Below are positions 1 through 6,769 of a stretch of 14,753 bases of DNA, in pieces. This DNA is from Deinococcales bacterium (GTDB taxonomy: Bacteria; Deinococcota; Deinococci; Deinococcales; JAAFIG01). The position numbers were made by a program, and so were the translations under genes. The notes under the pieces were generated by a model. It made no database searches. It was given only the letters and a program-made list of their open reading frames with translations, and was not told where the DNA came from. Numbering within the stretch: the first letter of the stretch is position 1; every line of letters begins with the position of its first letter. The stretch covers positions 1-14,753 of the forward strand of contig JANNVX010000013.1 in NCBI GenBank assembly GCA_031414595.1, written 5' to 3'.

Positions 1-131
1 ACAAGAAACGGTTGCATTCGAGTCTGGGGTACTTACCTCCAGAAGAATTTGAGGCGAATTATCTTGCAAAAGTTACGGAGCAAGTCATGCTATAGTTCTG
101 GATAGTGGTCTCAGTTTAAGGGTGCAGTCCA
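1..131 (+). mobile_element. Right end of an IS3-family insertion sequence
   Basis: After the transposase stop the sequence ends ...GTGGTCTCAGTTTAAGGGTGCAGTCCA (131). The reverse complement TGGACTGCACCC... fits the 5'-TG...CA-3' termini of IS3 elements. The junction coincides with loss of cupin similarity. Confidence 0.82.
3..95 (+). CDS. IS3-family transposase (OrfB/integrase), C-terminal fragment running off the left edge
   Basis: Manual translation of frame +3 gives KKRLHSSLGYLPPEEFEANYLAKVTEQVML*. This matches the R.HSSLGY..P.EFE C-terminal motif of IS3-family transposases. Too short for the supplied ORF track. Confidence 0.88.
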   Translation, partial: KKRLHSSLGYLPPEEFEANYLAKVTEQVML

Positions 132-325
132 CGGAAGTGCATTTCAAAACTTCCTGAGATGACCAAAAACATCTCATCCTCAAGTTCGTGGCTGTGCCAA
201 ACAAATTCACCTTGGAACTTGACGAGCTTGATGGCTGTACCGTTCACTTGCCCAATCAGACGCGGATTCCAGTGGTCAGAAAAAAGCTCAAGTTTTTCTT
301 CTAAATTGATTTTATCCATGCTCAC
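132..325 (-). pseudogene. Cupin-domain protein truncated by the IS3 insertion
   Basis: MDKINLEEKLELFSDHWNPRLIGQVNGTAIKLVKFQGEFVWHSHELEDEMFLVISG has cupin motif 1 (WH.H..EDE.F.V..G). Motif 2 is missing. The last residues GLHP* (116-130) are read from the IS terminus. Start is GTG 325 (overlapping the GNAT stop) or ATG 319. Confidence 0.85.
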
Positions 326-807
326 AGCTTAAACAAATACGAAACCTCGAGCAAGACCGCCGAACCAATTTTTTCGGTGCGGGAATCATCCAACACCCCG
401 CCCATGTGTTCATAAAAACCTCGAGTTGGATTGTCTTCAAGCACCCAAAGCGATAAGGTTTTTGCGCCTTGGGCTTTTGCGTTCTCGAGTGCAGTAAGCC
501 ACAATTGTTTGCCAAGTCCAGAACCTTGAAACGCCTTTAGCAAGTACAAAGTAAGTATTTCAGCTTCTGAGCCTTGCATCGTCTGGCTACAAAATCCAAT
601 CAGAGCATTTGCTTTCAGTGCCACAAAAACTTTTACTTTTGGATTTGCCAAAGTCCGTTGCCACTGAAATTCTCGAGATTCGGCAGTGATGATGTTGTAC
701 AGCACATCATCGGGAATTAAGCCCGTATAGGTTTCTTGCCAAGACTGGACATGAACTCGAGCCAAAAAAGGAATATCGGATAAAACTGCTTCACGAATCA
801 AGAACAT
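322..807 (-). CDS. GNAT-family N-acetyltransferase
   Basis: 161 aa with acetyl-CoA motif A (LYLLKAFQGSGLGKQL) and C-terminal LWVLEDNPTRGFYEHMGG. Possible RBS AAGGTGA lies 6 nt before the ATG. Confidence 0.92.
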   Translation of the reverse strand: MFLIREAVLSDIPFLARVHVQSWQETYTGLIPDDVLYNIITAESREFQWQRTLANPKVKVFVALKANALIGFCSQTMQGSEAEILTLYLLKAFQGSGLGKQLWLTALENAKAQGAKTLSLWVLEDNPTRGFYEHMGGVLDDSRTEKIGSAVLLEVSYLFKL

Positions 808-987
808 AGGACTTCACCTTGAGCAGATGATACAGCCTCCAATGCCTCGGTGGTTTACGCACACTGCGCCTCAAGGATTAGCTGCCAAACCGTGCTAAAG
901 TAACTCTTGCTGGGCAATCATACCGCAAAGGTTGAACTATTCATTGAGGTCACAAATTTAGATTGTACCGAAGAAAAGGAGGAATTC

Positions 988-1338
988 ATGAGAGAATTAT
1001 GTTACGCCTTGTTTCACTGCGACCCGTTCACCGAACCACCATTTGAGTTTGAACTGGGATTCAGTGACCACAGCACTTTCAGTATCAACGGATGCGATCA
1101 TATACCAGACGCACTCGAGAAACTGGACTTGCACTGCACAGCAGAAAGCATCATAAAAGCAGTTCACTTCACCTTGCTTTACCCCATTTATTTAAAAGCA
1201 ATGGAATCAGATGTTGAAAATAAAATGCACATGATAGCCTCACTGATTAAAACTCAAGCTGACGATAACAAATGGAATTTTGGTCGTATTGGTGGGTATA
1301 CCGGCATGACACCTGAAAGTTACTTGTCAAACGGATAG
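988..1338 (+). CDS. Hypothetical protein (116 aa; ORF track extends it to TTG 907)
   Basis: Open frame with strong RBS AAGGAGG (976-982) before ATG 988. Possible extended -10 TGCTAAAGT at 893-901. No family recognised. AT-richer than its neighbours and on the opposite strand. Confidence 0.55.
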   Translation: MRELCYALFHCDPFTEPPFEFELGFSDHSTFSINGCDHIPDALEKLDLHCTAESIIKAVHFTLLYPIYLKAMESDVENKMHMIASLIKTQADDNKWNFGRIGGYTGMTPESYLSNG

Positions 1339-1404
1339 CCAATAAAGAACATCGGAAAGCACACCTCACGAATCAAAAACATAAGCCCTTAACTCGAGCA
1401 AATG
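1338..1404 (-). repeat. Degenerate direct copy of the GNAT gene 5' end and upstream sequence (761-829)
   Basis: Manual alignment gives about 52/69 identities with two single-base gaps. The minus strand reads ATG TTT TTG ATT CGT GAG (MFLIRE), identical in protein to the GNAT N-terminus, then frameshifts. Confidence 0.75.
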
Positions 1405-1466
1405 CGTGAGCCGAACCGCATTAACGGTTTTAGCGTTCTGTTCCCGCTCGAGCCAATAGGCTTCCA

Positions 1467-1769
1467 TCAATCTTCCACACGAATCAAACGCCCATAGATT
1501 CCATTTCGACCAATCCAGCCATTGATCCCACCGCGATTATTGCCAATCAAAAAACGTTCTTTGTCTGTCGCCATAATCAAATGCAAATACTGATTACCAT
1601 GCACTTTGCACAACACAATATCGCCAACCTTGAGTACACTTGGGTCAACAGGCTCAACTGTACATAACTGCTTTGATTCGATTTTACCAGTCATTGAATG
1701 ACCATGCGGACGAAACGAGACCGTTTGACCTTCTTGTAATGTTGCAATCAACATTGTTGCCCAGCCCAT
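1467..1769 (-). CDS. Small S24/S26 peptidase-like protein
   Basis: 100 aa with G.SM motif (PHGHSM), LKVGDIVL, YLHLI and IGNNRG, resembling the LexA/signal-peptidase-like fold. Leaderless -10 TAGCAT (1776-1781, minus strand) lies 6 nt before the ATG. Confidence 0.7.
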   Translation of the reverse strand: MGWATMLIATLQEGQTVSFRPHGHSMTGKIESKQLCTVEPVDPSVLKVGDIVLCKVHGNQYLHLIMATDKERFLIGNNRGGINGWIGRNGIYGRLIRVED

Positions 1770-1817
1770 GAGTACATGCTACATGGGCAAAGGCAACGAG
1801 CCAATACGACAAGTGGC

Positions 1818-4208
1818 TTACGAATCTCGAATCTCGAGTCCAGCATTTCGCATCGCTGTAATTACATTCTGGAACGCTGCCCCAACTTCTTCATCGGTCA
1901 GGGTTCGGCTCTGCGCTCGCCACGTCATGGTAATTGCGGTGCTGCGCTTACCATGCCCAATCCGTTCGGATTCAAAGACATCAAACGGCTGAACGCTCTC
2001 GAGAAAATCCCCTGCCGCATTTTTGGTAATTTCCTCGAGTTTTGAATACGGCAAACTCTTATCGGCAATAATAGCCAAATCCCGAATCGCGGCGGGTTGA
2101 CGGCTTGGGTCGGCAAATGCCCATGCTCGAGATGGAAGCGGCAAACGAATTTCGGCAAGCACAATGTTGCTTGGTAACTCGAGCGCAGCCGCGACACTCG
2201 GATGCACCGCGCCGATAATGCCCACGAACGCCCCGTTGTACTCGAGCGCCCCTGCAATTCCGGGGTGTAAGCACTCGGGTTTATGCTGTACGTGTTTTTC
2301 TATTGGCACGACTTTGAGGTCATCACCCAGTTTAGCCGCCATAGACTCGAGCAAACCCTTAAAGCCGTAAAAACCGCCAGCCATTCCAGCTTGCCAAGTT
2401 TTAGAACTCAAGTCGCCCATCAAAAGCGCTCCAAGTCGTTCTTCCTCGAGGTCAAGCGTTGGAAAAACCCGTCCAACTTCAAACAGCAATACATTCTTGG
2501 CTTGCAGATTGGTTTTGGCAGCATTAAGTAAACTGCCAATCAAACACGGACGAAGGTGGGTGCGTTCCGAACTCTGAGCATTTCGTAACTCGAGAATCGG
2601 TTCTGGCAGTTTCATGATTCGCATTTCTTCTGGGCTGGTGAAGCTATACGAAACAATTTCTTGAAAACCCAAGCCCACAAGCGCGTTTTTGAGTTCTCGA
2701 GTGCGATTATATGGCTCGGATGTGCTGCGCGTTAGGTCGTTGACTTTCATGTTTGGCAGGGTTTCGGGGATGGCATCGTAACCCAAGACTCGAGCAATTT
2801 CTTCGGTTAAGTCCTCAGGGATGTCCATGTTCACGCGGTAGGTTGGGGCGTGAACTTTCCAAGGACTGGTCTCTGCTTCAACAATAAAACCCAGTCGCTC
2901 GAGGGCAGATTGCATCTCATCCCAAGAAAAATGAGTTCCAAGGTACTGATTGACAAATTCTGGACGAAGCTCAATCACATTTTTTGGTTTTTCACCACCA
3001 ATATCACGGTGTCCCTCGAGAACCACACCACTACAAGCTGCCTGCACAATTTCCATATAGCGGTTAGCAGCCCAAACTGGCAGGTTCGGGTCTACACCGC
3101 GTTCGTAGCGGTACAGGGCATCAGTGACAATCCCCAAACGCCGTGCCGTCAAGCGCATTCGTACTGGATTCCAATGTGCCACCTCGAGAATCACATCGGT
3201 TGTACCGGCTTGAATACTCGAGTATTTTGCACCAAGCATACTGCCAATGCCCACGGTTTTGGATTCGCCATTTACGGGTGTAGAAACTAGTAAATCCTTA
3301 GGGCTGCATTGGTACTCGAGACCATCCAAACCAAGCAGTTTTTCATTTTCTAGCGCGTCACGCACAATAATTTTATTTTCGGGAATATCACGCGCATCAT
3401 ACGCCGCACTCGGTTGCCCAAGTTCAAGCATCACGTAATTACTGGCATCCACCAAGGCACTAATCGGACGCATTCCACACAGACTCAGACGGCGTTGTAA
3501 CCATGCTGGGCTGGGCTGATTCTTGACACCTTGAATCACTCGAGCCACAAAACGGTCACAGTCTTTGTTCGGGTCTAATTCGATTTGCACAGGGAAATTA
3601 TCATCATGCACCGACTCGAGACCAAGCGATGGTGGTTTTAACTCAAGGTTCAGTTTTGCAGCTAAATCTCGTGCAATGCCCAAAACACTAAGCGCATCGG
3701 CTCGGTTTGGCGTAATTTCAACATCCAACACGTAGTCTTCTGCCCATAAGCTCGAGAGTGATGTACCCGCTTTAGCGTTATGGATAGGCAACTCGAGTAA
3801 ACCTGCACCATAATCACTAATGCCAAGTTCTTTTGGGCTACACGCCATACCCCATGAGGTTAGCCCTTGCACCAGACGCTCCTCGACCAGTTTGCCTTGG
3901 ATGGTGGTGTCGGGCGGTGCAATTGCCACACCCACACCAGTTTTGGCGTTCGGCGCACCTGTGATTATTTGCTTAGGTAACTCGAGACCAACATCTACTT
4001 GGAGTTGGTATAAATGCGTTTCGGGAATGGCACTGCACTCGAGAACCACACCAAAAATCACGTCTTCGGGGGGTGCAGGAAACTCGACAATTTCTTCGAC
4101 ACCAGTACCAAGCATGGCTAGAATCGGCTCTAGGTTATGCGGATTATTGTTAATGGCTTTTGGAAGTTCGGGTAAAAGTTCAACCAACCAAGAATACGGT
4201 ATTTTCAT
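1818..4208 (-). CDS. pheT: Phenylalanine--tRNA ligase beta subunit
   Basis: 796 aa with MKIPYSWL start, tRNA-binding OB fold (IITGAPN, GMACSPKELG), EITPNRADALSVLGIARD, B3/4 (NYVMLELGQP), B5 (EDLTEEIARVLGYD) and C-terminal FDX-ACB (RDLA...RTLTDEEV). RBS AGGAG. Confidence 0.98.
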   Translation of the reverse strand: MKIPYSWLVELLPELPKAINNNPHNLEPILAMLGTGVEEIVEFPAPPEDVIFGVVLECSAIPETHLYQLQVDVGLELPKQIITGAPNAKTGVGVAIAPPDTTIQGKLVEERLVQGLTSWGMACSPKELGISDYGAGLLELPIHNAKAGTSLSSLWAEDYVLDVEITPNRADALSVLGIARDLAAKLNLELKPPSLGLESVHDDNFPVQIELDPNKDCDRFVARVIQGVKNQPSPAWLQRRLSLCGMRPISALVDASNYVMLELGQPSAAYDARDIPENKIIVRDALENEKLLGLDGLEYQCSPKDLLVSTPVNGESKTVGIGSMLGAKYSSIQAGTTDVILEVAHWNPVRMRLTARRLGIVTDALYRYERGVDPNLPVWAANRYMEIVQAACSGVVLEGHRDIGGEKPKNVIELRPEFVNQYLGTHFSWDEMQSALERLGFIVEAETSPWKVHAPTYRVNMDIPEDLTEEIARVLGYDAIPETLPNMKVNDLTRSTSEPYNRTRELKNALVGLGFQEIVSYSFTSPEEMRIMKLPEPILELRNAQSSERTHLRPCLIGSLLNAAKTNLQAKNVLLFEVGRVFPTLDLEEERLGALLMGDLSSKTWQAGMAGGFYGFKGLLESMAAKLGDDLKVVPIEKHVQHKPECLHPGIAGALEYNGAFVGIIGAVHPSVAAALELPSNIVLAEIRLPLPSRAWAFADPSRQPAAIRDLAIIADKSLPYSKLEEITKNAAGDFLESVQPFDVFESERIGHGKRSTAITMTWRAQSRTLTDEEVGAAFQNVITAMRNAGLEIRDS

Positions 4209-4702
4209 AAATTCTCCTGTAATTGCGGAGTCAGTGACTCCGTAAACGAATGTTCCTCAAGACTTAAACTAAAACGTGCTGAAAGTGGTTTTTCACTAAA
4301 CCCTCGAGCCTCATAAAAACCCGTTTGATACGATTTCTTATCTCGCCAATTATTAAGTGCTAACCTCGAGCAGCCCCTTTTAATTGCCTCGAGTTTAATC
4401 GCTTCAAGCAAAGCTGTCCCAGCGCCAAGGCTCGAGAATTGGGCATGAACAAATAAATTACTGATAAACCCCTCAAGTGGTGCTGTGAGCGGCACAAACC
4501 AATGCGCCATCATAAAACCAATCACTCGAGACTCGAGTTGTGCAACCAGCACAGTTCGTTCAGAAGTTGTACTAAGACTCGAAGATATTTTCTGCTCGAG
4601 AATAAGTAAAGTTTCTTTTTTGTAACGCAGATATTCCTCGAGACTGTGCAGAATTTCAGCAATGGCTCGAGCATCGGCAGGTTGGGCAGGGCGGATGGTC
4701 AT
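4205..4702 (-). CDS. GNAT-family N-acetyltransferase
   Basis: 165 aa with MTIRPAQPADA start, motif A (LFVHAQFSSLGAGTALL) and GFYEARGF. The stop overlaps the pheT start (ATGA). GGAG RBS at 4712-4715. Confidence 0.88.
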   Translation of the reverse strand: MTIRPAQPADARAIAEILHSLEEYLRYKKETLLILEQKISSSLSTTSERTVLVAQLESRVIGFMMAHWFVPLTAPLEGFISNLFVHAQFSSLGAGTALLEAIKLEAIKRGCSRLALNNWRDKKSYQTGFYEARGFSEKPLSARFSLSLEEHSFTESLTPQLQENL

Positions 4703-4719
4703 GGAAGTGAACTCCTACG

Positions 4720-4762
4720 AACTCCCCCCGCCTTCGGCGACCCCCTCAAAAGCGAGGGGGTT
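4720..4762. repeat. Left structured inverted repeat flanking the DUF559 gene
   Basis: AACTCCCCCCGCCTTCGGCGACCCCCTCAAAAGCGAGGGGGTT is 40/43 identical to the reverse complement of 5165-5207. It contains hairpins CGCC-TTC-GGCG and ACCCCCTC-N6-GAGGGGGT. Confidence 0.92.
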
Positions 4763-4791
4763 TGGTGTGGGAATGGGTTTAGAATGTTAGG

Positions 4792-5166
4792 GTGCAACGT
4801 TTCAAGTACAACAAAAAACTGACTGCTCGAGCGCAGGAATTGCGGTTTGAGATGACCGAACCTGAGAAAAAGCTGTGGTATCAATGTTTGCGGTTGCGCT
4901 CTGAACGATGGTTGCGGCAACGCCCCATTGGGAATTTCGTACCCGATTTTTATTGTTCCTCGAGAAGGCTGATTGTTGAAGTTGATGGTTTGCAGCACCA
5001 CACGCGAGAAGGTCTGGTAAAAGATGCCGAGCGCACCGCGTTTCTTGAAGGTCTTGGAATCAAAGTAATCCGTTTTACCAACCATGAAGTAATGAACAAC
5101 TTTCAAGGCGTTTGTCAAAAAATTCAAATAGAAATAGAAACACAATCCCAAACTCCCCAGCCCTAA
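4792..5166 (+). CDS. DUF559 / Vsr-like (very-short-patch-repair-like) endonuclease domain protein
   Basis: 124 aa with ARAQELRFEMTEPEKKLW, RQRPIGNFVPDFYC, LIVEVDGLQH, DAERTAFLEGLGIKVIRFTN. Leaderless -10 TAGAAT (4780-4785) lies 6 nt before the GTG. Confidence 0.92.
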   Translation: MQRFKYNKKLTARAQELRFEMTEPEKKLWYQCLRLRSERWLRQRPIGNFVPDFYCSSRRLIVEVDGLQHHTREGLVKDAERTAFLEGLGIKVIRFTNHEVMNNFQGVCQKIQIEIETQSQTPQP

Positions 5167-5207
5167 CCCCCTCTTTTTCGAGGGGGTCGCCGAAGGCGGG
5201 GGGAGTT
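5165..5207. repeat. Right structured inverted repeat flanking the DUF559 gene
   Basis: AACCCCCTCTTTTTCGAGGGGGTCGCCGAAGGCGGGGGGAGTT is the inverted partner of 4720-4762. AACTCCCC (5151-5158) can also pair with GGGGAGTT (5200-5207). Confidence 0.92.
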
Positions 5208-5260
5208 GCCCCCAACGCCAACACAACAACTTTTGCATATCTTTCATACTACCCTCGAGT

Positions 5261-5572
5261 TTATTCGTGTATTTCAAATGGTTTTCCTGCCTCAAGCGGT
5301 TGCCAGCCACTCGCTAGGGCTTTGCGTATCCAAGTTTCGACTTCCTTGGGTAAAACGATGTGGTGTTCTTTACAATCTTTTTTCAAATCAAGCCAAACAT
5401 CATAGTATTCTTGCTCGAGGTAGACAAATAGAGTTGTACTAGGTTTTTGTTGTGCAGCAAGAACTAAAGTGAGCTTTTCTTGTTGTTGGTCTATTTTGCG
5501 CCAACGAATCTGCCAAAAGAATTGAATTCCTTCAACAGTAATTCTTCTCGAGCCGCGTTTCCTAAGCGCCAT
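5261..5572 (-). CDS. Hypothetical protein (103 aa)
   Basis: The start overlaps the pheS stop (TAATG). MALRKRGSRRITVEG...F.WQIR and IRKALASGWQP...GKPF look like a conserved uncharacterised family. Function not recognised. Confidence 0.78.
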   Translation of the reverse strand: MALRKRGSRRITVEGIQFFWQIRWRKIDQQQEKLTLVLAAQQKPSTTLFVYLEQEYYDVWLDLKKDCKEHHIVLPKEVETWIRKALASGWQPLEAGKPFEIHE

Positions 5573-6582
5573 TACTCGAGCGCTCCCCTGAATTGCTTTA
5601 AGACCCGCAAATCATTCTGAAAAAAGTATCGAATATCTGGCACACCATACTTAATCATGGCGACGCGCTCGATGCCTAAGCCAAAAGCAAAACCGCGCTG
5701 CCCAGCATAAACCTCGTCGCCTCGTAACTTGCAGACTTCTTCAAAAACCCGAGGATGCACCATGCCACTGCCGCCTAACTCGAGCCATTTGGATTGCCCC
5801 GTGCGTTTGTTTTCCCAGTAGACCGCAAAGTCGGCGCTTGGTTCAGTAAATGGGTAGTAACTGGGCTGAAAACGCACTTTGCTGGTCTCGCCAAATAAGC
5901 CCTTCGCCATTTCCTCGAGTGTACCTTTGAGGTCAGACATGGTGATATTTTTACCAACTGCCAGCCCCTCGAGTTGATGAAACATCGCTTCGTGGGTGGC
6001 ATCCACGGCTTCAAAGCGGTAGGTTTTGCCCGGCACAACAATCCGAAAAGGTGGTTCAAAGGCTTGCATGAACCGAGCCTGCATTGGGCTGGTGTGGGTG
6101 CGTAAAACCCGCCCATCGGTCAGCCAAAAGGTATCCCAGAGGTCTCGAGCCGGATGCCAACTGGGGATGTTCAGGGCATCAAAATTGTACAACTCGGTTT
6201 CGACTTCTTGCCCTTGTACCACTTGATACCCTAAGCCTTTGTAAATGTTGCAGAGGTCATCAATAATGCGGGTCAGTAAATGAAAGCCACCAGTTTGAAA
6301 AGCCATTCCGGACAGGGTCACATCCAGACTTTCGCCAGCCAGTTTTGCCTCGAGTGCGGCGTTTTTGAGGCTTGCTTCTTTGGTGTCGAATAGTGCCTCG
6401 AGTTCGGTTTTAATCATATTTAATGCCGCACCGCGAATTTTCCTGTCATCGGGCGTGAGGTTGCCTAACGTTTTTAATTCGGCGGTCAGTAAGCCTTTTT
6501 TGCCAAGGTATTTGACCTTAATTTCTTGTAATTCTGGGAGGCTCGAGGTAGGGGCAATCTCAAGGGTTGCTTGGTTAATCAT
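5572..6582 (-). CDS. pheS: Phenylalanine--tRNA ligase alpha subunit
   Basis: 336 aa with YLGKKG, NFDALNIP..HPARD..DTF, LRTHTSPMQ, motif 2 (PGKTYR...DATH...FHQLEGL), YYPFTEPS and motif 3 (GFAFGLGIER). RBS AAGGAG. Confidence 0.98.
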   Translation of the reverse strand: MINQATLEIAPTSSLPELQEIKVKYLGKKGLLTAELKTLGNLTPDDRKIRGAALNMIKTELEALFDTKEASLKNAALEAKLAGESLDVTLSGMAFQTGGFHLLTRIIDDLCNIYKGLGYQVVQGQEVETELYNFDALNIPSWHPARDLWDTFWLTDGRVLRTHTSPMQARFMQAFEPPFRIVVPGKTYRFEAVDATHEAMFHQLEGLAVGKNITMSDLKGTLEEMAKGLFGETSKVRFQPSYYPFTEPSADFAVYWENKRTGQSKWLELGGSGMVHPRVFEEVCKLRGDEVYAGQRGFAFGLGIERVAMIKYGVPDIRYFFQNDLRVLKQFRGALE

Positions 6583-6601
6583 AAATTTTTCTCCTTAGAT
6601 A

Positions 6602-6629
6602 ATAAAAAACTTCGGCATATGCCGAAGTT
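6602..6629 (-). terminator. Intrinsic terminator (attenuator) in the pheS leader
   Basis: Perfect 22-bp palindrome AACTTCGGCATATGCCGAAGTT (6608-6629), continuing into a T-tract on the minus strand, between the promoter and the pheS RBS. Confidence 0.82.
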
Positions 6630-6653
6630 AAAGCGCAGAAACAAAAACAGTCT

Positions 6654-6692
6654 CTACGCGAATCTTGTAAATAGCGAAAGTGTAACGTCCAT
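6654..6692 (-). CDS. Putative pheST leader peptide MDVTLSLFTRFA
   Basis: ATG lies 6 nt after the -10 box (leaderless geometry). Phe codons at positions 8 (TTT) and 11 (TTC). The TAG lies in a hairpin just upstream of the terminator. Confidence 0.6.
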   Translation of the reverse strand: MDVTLSLFTRFA

Positions 6693-6698
6693 GAGTTC

Positions 6699-6727
6699 AT
6701 GTTATCGGGCATTGTTGCTCGAGTCAA
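6699..6727 (-). promoter_or_regulatory. Sigma70-type promoter for the pheS leader
   Basis: Minus strand TTGACT (6727-6722), 17-nt spacer, TAACAT (6704-6699). Confidence 0.8.
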
Positions 6728-6769
6728 GAGTGAATCCATATTGCCGAAACCTAGGGTAAACTGTTGCCT

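Noticed and set aside
4720-5207. CRISPR array or classical IS/MITE
   Set aside because: Only two copies in inverted orientation, with no spacers, no cas genes, no transposase motif and no target duplication.
4699-5310. 203-aa minus-strand ORF spanning the DUF559 cassette, with its stop overlapping the GNAT start
   Set aside because: Antisense to a well-formed DUF559 gene, includes translated repeat sequence (RGSPKAGGV) and has no recognisable domain. A role in translational coupling cannot be supported.
5112-5442. Plus-strand ORFs 5112-5405 and 5206-5442
   Set aside because: They overlap the repeat and the better-supported minus-strand gene coupled to pheS.
6583-6760. T-box riboswitch upstream of pheS
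   Set aside because: No T-box consensus (GGTGGNACCGCG) found, and the leader is too short for stem I.
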